Source of the DNA: a virus
Lineage: Duplodnaviria; Heunggongvirae; Uroviricota; Caudoviricetes
Strand: one strand, 5' to 3'
DNA length: 33,242 bases
IMG/VR virus record: IMGVR_UViG_2703718832_000007
Span: 1 to 33,242 of that record
Part shown: piece by piece, positions 28,151 to 33,242 of the stretch
Position numbering within the stretch: position 1 is the stretch's first letter
Layout of the letters: the number at the start of each line of letters is the position of its first letter
Made by a program: the position numbers and the translations under genes
Notes under the pieces: model-generated
Told to the model about the DNA's origin: nothing
Seen by the model: the letters and a program-made list of their open reading frames with translations, nothing else
The model's database searches: none

Positions 28151-28182
28151 AAATAAAAAGGCCTGCGATTACCAGCAGGCCT
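28151..28182 (-). terminator. tR2-like rho-independent terminator between the replication genes and the nin region
   Basis: Minus strand reads AGGCCTGC-(8 nt loop)-GCAGGCCT followed by TTTTTATTT; position corresponds to lambda tR2 (after P, before nin). Confidence 0.6.
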
Positions 28183-28207
28183 GTTATTAGCTCAGTGATG
28201 TAGATGG

Positions 28208-29584
28208 TCATACGTCAGCCCCTTGTGCATATCGTCTGCCACGTGCAGCGGGTGCATTTGATGTTGTGCAAATCTGTCTGGCTTCATCCTGGTCACATGC
28301 AACAAAGTGTCCGTTACAGAACCGCTGGTAAACCGTACCAAGCGAGCCAAAACGGTTTTTCGTCACGATGATTTCAGCAAATGGCGCGGCGCTACTGTTC
28401 TCGTCATATACCGCTTCCCGATAGAGCATGATGATTGAGTCTGCGTCCTGTTCAATGCTTCCTGAATCACGCAAATCTGCGTTTGTCGGGCGTTTGTTTG
28501 GTCGCTTCTCAACATCGCGCGAAAGCTGACTCAGGGAGATAACAGGCGTTTTCAGGTCTTTCGCCATCGCCTTAAGGCTTCCTGAGATGTGAGCAATTGC
28601 GAGGTCGTTGCGATCTGCTTTCGGCTTCTCAATCAGGCCAAGATAATCCGCCATGATGAGTGACAGGTTTGGATTTTCCTGTTTGTGCCGTTCTGCGATT
28701 GAGCGAATTTCTTCGACCGATAACCGCGAGGCATCGACTACCCATACATCCAAATCTGCAAGCTGACTCATGCCGTTAGCAACACGCGCCCAGCCCTCGT
28801 CATCCATCGATGCAGGATTTCGCAGCACGCTAACCGACATCCTCCCGGCGTTGGCAATGCTTCGCTCTGCAATCTGCAATGCGCTCATTTCCATTGAGAA
28901 AATCAATACTCCGCGCCGGACGTCAGAACCAGGAATAACGCGGCTTGCAACGCCTTCGGCAATCTTCAGCGCCAGTTCGGTTTTCCCCATACCAGGACGA
29001 GCAGCGATTATCACCAGGTCTTCCGCGTTCATCCCTCCGGTGATGGCATCAAGTTCTTCGATTCCGGTCTTCAGGGTATCTGACTCTTCTCCGTTCCTCA
29101 GACGCCTGTCAAGCGTGTCAGTGTAGTCAGTAATGATTTCCCCTAACCGTACAGGTTTAACCTCGTCACGGGGCTTTCTGATGGCTGAGAGACGCTTTAC
29201 AAGCTCGTCCATCGCCTGACTCGATGTATCGATGGTTCCGCTCTGAATTGGTTCACGCATTTCATCCATGATTTCCAGCACCAGACGGCGGTGATAGTTA
29301 TCCGCGACCATTCCGGCATATCCCTTCAGGTTTGCGGCACTCGGGCAGTTCTTACTGGTCATCAGGATTGACGTGAAATGCTCCTCTCCGCACGCCTCGG
29401 CAACCATCAGCGCGTCGATTAGGTTTCTGTTTCTCGCCTGCTTGCGGATAACCTCGAAGGCTTTCCGGTAGAGCGGAATTGAAAACGCTTCCGGCTCCAG
29501 CGTTGCCAGAACGTCACTGGCAGTTGGTGTTAATCCACCAATCAGCAGGCCACCGATAACGCTCGCTTCGATATCCTGTCTCAT
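28208..29584 (-). CDS. Replicative DNA helicase, DnaB family (P22 gene 12 position)
   Basis: 458 aa; Walker A GMGKT within the RecA-like domain; DnaB-like N-terminal region; downstream of and coupled to the initiator gene. Confidence 0.9.
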   Translation of the reverse strand: MRQDIEASVIGGLLIGGLTPTASDVLATLEPEAFSIPLYRKAFEVIRKQARNRNLIDALMVAEACGEEHFTSILMTSKNCPSAANLKGYAGMVADNYHRRLVLEIMDEMREPIQSGTIDTSSQAMDELVKRLSAIRKPRDEVKPVRLGEIITDYTDTLDRRLRNGEESDTLKTGIEELDAITGGMNAEDLVIIAARPGMGKTELALKIAEGVASRVIPGSDVRRGVLIFSMEMSALQIAERSIANAGRMSVSVLRNPASMDDEGWARVANGMSQLADLDVWVVDASRLSVEEIRSIAERHKQENPNLSLIMADYLGLIEKPKADRNDLAIAHISGSLKAMAKDLKTPVISLSQLSRDVEKRPNKRPTNADLRDSGSIEQDADSIIMLYREAVYDENSSAAPFAEIIVTKNRFGSLGTVYQRFCNGHFVACDQDEARQICTTSNAPAARGRRYAQGADV

Positions 29585-30528
29585 GCTATCCCCCTGTCTG
29601 CAAACTTCCCTTCCCGTACTCCCGTTAACGAATCTTCCCTCAGCAGGTAATCAAAATCTGCCGTCCAGCCAGTGTCGTTGTCTCCGAAGTAAAACGGCTT
29701 GGCCTGATGTACAAACGCCCTGACATACGCTCTGAAACCGTCCACGTTTGGCGTTTTCAGTTGCGGGATGATTTTCTTCAGGCGGCGTTTGCGTTTCTCG
29801 TTGACCGCAACAGCGTGTGGCAGTCTGTCACCGACTTCGGTGTTGTAGGCGTTCAGGAAGGATTCGTAGTCGATTCGTTCTGCCTTGCGACGTTCATGTT
29901 TAACCTGCCCATCGCCTCCCCCATTGGGGGGTAGGGGGGTATTATTTATATTCTTGTTAATACCTTCTTGTTCATGATGTGCGGTTGTTTGTGCGGCTTC
30001 ATGTGCGCTTTCATGTGCGGAATGTACGCTGAAAGCCGCGCCATTACTGGCTTCATCATGTGCGGCATCATGTGCGGTTGTTTGTGCGGCTTCATGTGCG
30101 GGTGAATTGTCCATTTTTTGAGCATATTCATGGTAATTTGTGATGGTGATCACACGACCTTTTTGCTTCTCTCCATCAATGGTGATCATCCCCTCTTTCA
30201 CAAAAACCTGAAGCATCCGCTCAACCTGATCACGGCTTGCCGGCTTGCCATGCCTGTCGCATAACTGAAGACCTAAATCAGCTGCTGTCACAACCAGTTG
30301 ACCGGGTTGCAGATGCCATTCATGACCTTTGAAATTCGCTTTGTATGGCTTTCTGGCGGCATTCAGGAGAAGGTTTTCCCACAGGGTGCGAAGATAAACA
30401 TCTTTCGCCCATGACTGTTTCAGAATGCTCCGGTACAACGGAATGTAACCAGTTTTCTGGTTCTCCATCCTGTTGCTCCTGCGCTCGTGTGCGGCGCTGA
30501 AATCGTAGATTTTTGCTGTATTGCTCAT
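29581..30528 (-). CDS. Replication initiator (lambda O / P22 gene 18-like) containing the origin iterons
   Basis: 315 aa; internal low-complexity segment [14 protein letters not shown]...[13 protein letters not shown] is encoded by DNA iterons; placed between cII and the helicase as in lambdoid replication modules. Confidence 0.8.
   Translation of the reverse strand: MSNTAKIYDFSAAHERRSNRMENQKTGYIPLYRSILKQSWAKDVYLRTLWENLLLNAARKPYKANFKGHEWHLQPGQLVVTAADLGLQLCDRHGKPASRDQVERMLQVFVKEGMITIDGEKQKGRVITITNYHEYAQKMDNSPAHEAAQTTAHDAAHDEASNGAAFSVHSAHESAHEAAQTTAHHEQEGINKNINNTPLPPNGGGDGQVKHERRKAERIDYESFLNAYNTEVGDRLPHAVAVNEKRKRRLKKIIPQLKTPNVDGFRAYVRAFVHQAKPFYFGDNDTGWTADFDYLLREDSLTGVREGKFADRGIA
29976..30104. 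repeat. Origin of replication: two arrays of four 12-bp-periodic iterons (core GTGCGG on the plus strand) flanked by an AT-rich tract and a G-rich palindrome
   Basis: GTGCGG or GTGCGC cores at 29979, 29991, 30003, 30015 and 30060, 30072, 30084, 30096; AT-rich 29940-29970; CCCCCATTGGGGGG at 29918-29931. Confidence 0.7.
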
Positions 30529-30530
30529 AA

Positions 30531-30803
30531 CTACCTGCCTTGACGAAAGACCTTAAGAACATCGTTAAACTGACTTACGGATATGTCTTCTTTGAGCAGC
30601 TTTTCCAGAAATGCGTTTGGAATGAACGTATATCCCTCCTCTTTTGGTAGAGACGGGATCAACGCCCTCGCCTCAGCCTTCAGAAGCTCAGTTCTGGCAA
30701 CTTTCACAAAAGAGATTTGAGTTCTTTCATCAATGGAACGAAGGAAGCGCAAACGCTTAACTTCTTTGTGTGTATCAGGTGGATTAAAGCCTTTGTTTCG
30801 CAT
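30531..30803 (-). CDS. Hypothetical protein between cII and the replication initiator
   Basis: 90-aa ORF from the ATG at 30803 (GAGG RBS); the longer track ORF 30531-31112 would run through the well-supported cII gene in another frame. Confidence 0.45.
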   Translation of the reverse strand: MRNKGFNPPDTHKEVKRLRFLRSIDERTQISFVKVARTELLKAEARALIPSLPKEEGYTFIPNAFLEKLLKEDISVSQFNDVLKVFRQGR

Positions 30804-30825
30804 ATAATTACCTCGTTGGATGTTG

Positions 30826-31119
30826 TTAAAATTCCATTTGTATTTGATCAGAACGCTCGGTTGCCGCCGGGCGTTTTTTATTGGTGAGAATCGAAGCAAC
30901 TTGTCGTGCCAATCGAGCCATATCGTCGTCAACGACGCCCCATTCAAGAACAGCAAGCAGCATTGAGAACTTTGGAATCCAGTCCCTCTTCCACCTGCTG
31001 ATCTGCGACTTATCAACTCCCACAGCTTCCGCTGTCTTCTCAGTTCCAAGCATTGCGATTTTGTTAAGCAACGCACTCTCGATTCGTAGAGCCTCGTTGC
31101 GTTTGTTTGCACGAACCAT
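30826..31119 (-). CDS. cII: Transcriptional activator CII, lambda-type
   Basis: From the internal ATG, MVRANKRNEALRIESALLNKIAMLGTEKTAEAVGVDKSQISRWKRDWIPKFSMLLAVLEWGVVDDDMARLARQVA.ILTNKKRPAATERS.QIQMEF is near-identical to lambda CII (97 aa). Confidence 0.95.
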   Translation of the reverse strand: MVRANKRNEALRIESALLNKIAMLGTEKTAEAVGVDKSQISRWKRDWIPKFSMLLAVLEWGVVDDDMARLARQVASILTNKKRPAATERSDQIQMEF

Positions 31120-31198
31120 ATGTAAGTATTTCCTTAGATAACAATTGATTGAATGTATGCAAATAAATGCATACACCATAGGTGTGGTTTAATTGGAT

Positions 31199-31229
31199 GC
31201 CCTTTTTCAGGGCTGGAATGTGTAAGAGC
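31199..31229 (-). promoter_or_regulatory. nutR (boxA + boxB) N-utilisation site
   Basis: Minus strand reads GCTCTTACA (boxA) then GCCCTGAAAAAGGGC (boxB hairpin), matching lambda nutR; the downstream leader to cII matches lambda. Confidence 0.85.
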
Positions 31230-31238
31230 TGGAATGTC

Positions 31239-31454
31239 TTAAGCGGCTTTGTGTTCCGGAGGGAACACGTCATCAAGACTGACTTTTGCGCCTAACTTGT
31301 TTAGGCACTCAACAAGAGCACGGCATGTTTTAAGGTCTGGGAAGCGACGACCAGATTCCCAATGTCCGATAGCTCCCTGTGTGCATCCAACTGCCTTAGC
31401 AAGTGTTGTTTGAGAGATATTCAGTGACTCTCGATATTTTCGTAGGTTGCTCAT
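31239..31454 (-). CDS. cro: Cro-like repressor (HTH_XRE family)
   Basis: 71-aa ORF from the internal ATG with a GGAGGG RBS; helix-turn-helix ISQTTLAKAVGCTQGAIGHWESG; divergent from the cI-like gene. Confidence 0.8.
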   Translation of the reverse strand: MSNLRKYRESLNISQTTLAKAVGCTQGAIGHWESGRRFPDLKTCRALVECLNKLGAKVSLDDVFPPEHKAA

Positions 31455-31565
31455 ATGCCCTCCATAGTAACCATGAAACAATAATACGATATGTACTTTT
31501 AGAATGCAAACAAAAAATACATCTTGTGCATGGATGGTTTTAGTACAGAGCGTAATAATAAGGGT
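31455..31565. promoter_or_regulatory. OR region: pR (TTGCAT, 17 nt, TATTAT on the minus strand) with at least two operator dyads
   Basis: Operator-like sites at 31480-31497 (reverse complement AGTACATATCGTATTATT, overlapping the pR -10) and 31542-31559 (AGTACAGAGCGTAATAAT, just upstream of the cI start); divergent cro/cI arrangement. Confidence 0.6.
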
Positions 31566-32225
31566 ATGAAAATGAAATGGTATGAACTGGCTAGATCCAG
31601 AATGAAAGAGCTCGGCATAACTCAAGAGAAGTTAGCTGAAGAGCTTGGTATGACGCAGGGTGGAATTGGTCACTGGTTGCGCGGATCTCGTCATCCATCT
31701 CTTGACGAGATTGGTGTGGTGTTTAAATACCTTGGTATTGATAACGTCTCATTCAACCACGACGGTACATTTTCACCTGTTGGCGAATACTCATCTGCCC
31801 CCGTTAAAAAACAATATGAGTACCCTGTTTTTTCTCATGTTCAGGCCGGGATGTTCTCGCCTGAGCTTAGAACCTTTACCAAAGGTGATGCGGAGAAATG
31901 GGTCAGCACAACCAAAAAAGCCAGTGATTGTGCGTTTTGGCTTGAAGTTGAAGGTAATTCCATGACCGCACCAACAGGATCCAAGCCAAGCTTTCCTGAC
32001 GGGATGTTAATTCTCGTTGACCCTGAGCAGGCTGTTGAGCCAGGTGATTTCTGCATAGCCAGACTTGGTGGTGACGAGTTTACCTTCAAGAAACTGATCA
32101 GGGATAGCGGTCAGGTGTTCCTACAGCCACTAAACCCGCAATATCCAATGATTCCATGCAATGATAGCTGTTCCGTAGTAGGGAAAGTTATCGCCAGCCA
32201 GTGGCCTGAAGAGACATTTAGTTAA
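31566..32225 (+). CDS. cI: CI-type prophage repressor (N-terminal HTH, C-terminal LexA/S24-like autocleavage domain), P22 c2-like
   Basis: C-terminal region [32 protein letters not shown]...[28 protein letters not shown] aligns with P22 C2 (FWLDVQGDSMTAPAG...[28 protein letters not shown]), including the Ser/Lys dyad context. The start is uncertain: ATG at 31566 or 31572; the track ORF begins at 31524. Confidence 0.85.
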   Translation: MKMKWYELARSRMKELGITQEKLAEELGMTQGGIGHWLRGSRHPSLDEIGVVFKYLGIDNVSFNHDGTFSPVGEYSSAPVKKQYEYPVFSHVQAGMFSPELRTFTKGDAEKWVSTTKKASDCAFWLEVEGNSMTAPTGSKPSFPDGMLILVDPEQAVEPGDFCIARLGGDEFTFKKLIRDSGQVFLQPLNPQYPMIPCNDSCSVVGKVIASQWPEETFS

Positions 32226-32257
32226 CAGCCTCACCACTCTAAAACACACAACAATAA

Positions 32258-32286
32258 CCCGACCTTAGCGTCGGGTTTTCTTTTTC
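32258..32286 (+). terminator. Rho-independent terminator after cI
   Basis: CCCGAC-CTTAGC-GTCGGG followed by TTTTCTTTTT; no rex-like genes follow cI. Confidence 0.6.
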
Positions 32287-32300
32287 CAAAATATAAACCC

Positions 32301-32385
32301 ATTAAATACAAAGCGTTATAAAAAACTAATTATATTTAGAACATTTTGTATTGACTCGATAAAGTACAAATCGTACTATTTAGCC
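32301..32385 (+). promoter_or_regulatory. OL/pL region: pL (TTGACT, 17 nt, TACTAT) with operator dyads
   Basis: -35 at 32351-32356 and -10 at 32374-32379; operator-like sites at 32363-32380 (AGTACAAATCGTACTATT, palindromic AGTAC-N5-GTACT) and 32305-32321 (AATACAAAGCGTTATAA); transcript start region ATCAGCAGGACGCACTGACC matches lambda pL. Confidence 0.65.
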
Positions 32386-32418
32386 ATCAGCAGGACGCAC
32401 TGACCACCATGAAGGTGA

Positions 32419-32449
32419 TGCTCTTAAAAATTAAGCCCTGAAGAAGGGC
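32419..32449 (+). promoter_or_regulatory. nutL (boxA + boxB)
   Basis: TGCTCTTA (boxA) and GCCCTGAAGAAGGGC (boxB hairpin), matching lambda nutL. Confidence 0.85.
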
Positions 32450-32717
32450 AGCATTCAAAGCAGAAGGCTTTGGGGTGTGGTGAAGCCAGCTAGTCACTGG
32501 CAAGTGCTTACCTACTGTTGAGCGGTGAAGCGCTCCCAACGCTAGCAATAGCGTGGACGAGATGGGGAGCCGCGGGAGATAAGGCCGCCATAACGCGCAC
32601 GTTGTCGCATGGAAAAATCACTGGGGTGCCGGTTATACCCCTCCGAATGAGACTCAACAAGCTGGAGCTAGACTACCAGCCACCACACCACCAAAGCTAA
32701 CTGACAGGAGAATCCAG

Positions 32718-33050
32718 ATGGATGCACAAACACGCCGCCGCGAACGTCGCTCAGAGAAACAGGCTCAATGGAAAGCAGCAAATCCCCTGTTGGTTGGGGT
32801 AAGCGCAAAACCAGTTAACCGCCCTATTCTCTCGCTGAATCGCAAACCGAAATCACGAGTAGAAAGCGCACTGAATCCGATAGACCTTACGGTGCTGGCT
32901 GAATACCACGAACAGATTGAAAGCAACCTGCAACGTATTGAGCGCAAGAATCAGCGCACATGGTACAGCAAGCCACGCAGTGAAATGGGGGTGACTTGTG
33001 TTGGTCGCCAGAAAATGAAATTAGGCAGTAAGCTACTGTATGAGGGGTGA
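32718..33050 (+). CDS. N: Antitermination protein N, lambda-type
   Basis: 110 aa; MDAQTRRRERRSEKQAQWKAANPLLVGVSAKPVNRPILSLNRKPKSRVESALNPIDLTVLAEYH.QIESNLQRIERKNQRTWYSKP is near-identical to lambda N including the Arg-rich boxB-binding motif; the C-terminal approx. 20 residues diverge. Confidence 0.95.
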   Translation: MDAQTRRRERRSEKQAQWKAANPLLVGVSAKPVNRPILSLNRKPKSRVESALNPIDLTVLAEYHEQIESNLQRIERKNQRTWYSKPRSEMGVTCVGRQKMKLGSKLLYEG

Positions 33051-33053
33051 GAT

Positions 33054-33242
33054 ATGCATAAATGTCAGTTCTGTGGATACATGTTTGAATCAAATGAAAT
33101 GCAACGTATTTCGTTAAACCTTATCGGTAGGCCATACAACATTTGCCTAGGATGTAGCGAGAAATACAAAAACAAAGACATGTGGGACGACAATAAAAAC
33201 GATATCGACTGGAATAAAGTGCCATGTATTGATGATAGTTAA
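33054..33242 (+). CDS. Small hypothetical zinc-ribbon protein (two CxxC pairs), in the position lambda ral occupies
   Basis: 62-aa AT-rich ORF with CQFC...CLGC; starts 4 nt after the N stop; no confident homology. Confidence 0.45.
   Translation: MHKCQFCGYMFESNEMQRISLNLIGRPYNICLGCSEKYKNKDMWDDNKNDIDWNKVPCIDDS

Noticed and set aside
29946-30131. 61-aa His/Pro/Lys-repeat ORF, and the idea that the repeats form a CRISPR array
   Set aside because: It is an alternative-frame reading of the origin iterons inside the initiator gene. The repeats are 12-bp-periodic iterons without spacers of unique sequence, so not a CRISPR array.
30531-31112. 193-aa track ORF
   Set aside because: Its upstream two-thirds overlaps cII in another frame, and cII is near-identical to lambda CII; only the downstream 90-aa portion (30531-30803) is plausibly coding.
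32518-32700. 60-codon TTG-initiated ORF in the N leader
   Set aside because: Non-ATG start, no Shine-Dalgarno, and it sits in a transcribed leader; more likely structured untranslated RNA. Kept as a finding about the leader, not as a gene.

Overview
This window reads as a ~33 kb stretch of a mosaic lambdoid temperate phage or prophage of the enterobacterial P22/Sf6 type, almost entirely gene-dense and mostly transcribed on the minus strand. Left to right: a P4-type tyrosine integrase (+), an SOS-boxed orphan UmuD'-like gene (-), an O-antigen acetyltransferase serotype-conversion gene (oac-like, +), a tailspike with a P22-type head-binding N-terminus and a different beta-helix receptor domain (-), an immI-like module (ant, arc, mnt) with a cluster of small unknown ORFs, the P22-like ejection/tail/head module (gp16, gp20, gp7, gp14-position, gp26, gp10, gp4, coat, scaffold, portal, large and small terminase, the last two near-identical to Sf6 gp2/gp1 as I recall them), a two-gene moron containing an HslV/proteasome-beta-like hydrolase, a lambda-type lysis cassette (S, R, Rz/Rz1), an HNH-AP2 endonuclease inserted into the late leader, a Q82-family antiterminator with its own late promoter and terminator, a nin region (ninH, rusA, DUF1364, a second HNH, ninF, ninE, ninB), a DnaB-type helicase, an O-like initiator with an internal iteron origin, lambda cII and nutR, cro, a P22 c2-like cI repressor, pL/nutL and lambda N. 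No rRNA, tRNA or CRISPR array was found. The most unusual loci are the HslV-like two-gene cassette between Rz and the terminase, and the pre-truncated, LexA-boxed UmuD'-like gene with a Ser-to-Thr change at the catalytic position. All homology statements come from reading the ORF translations against remembered protein sequences and motifs; no database search or alignment was run.
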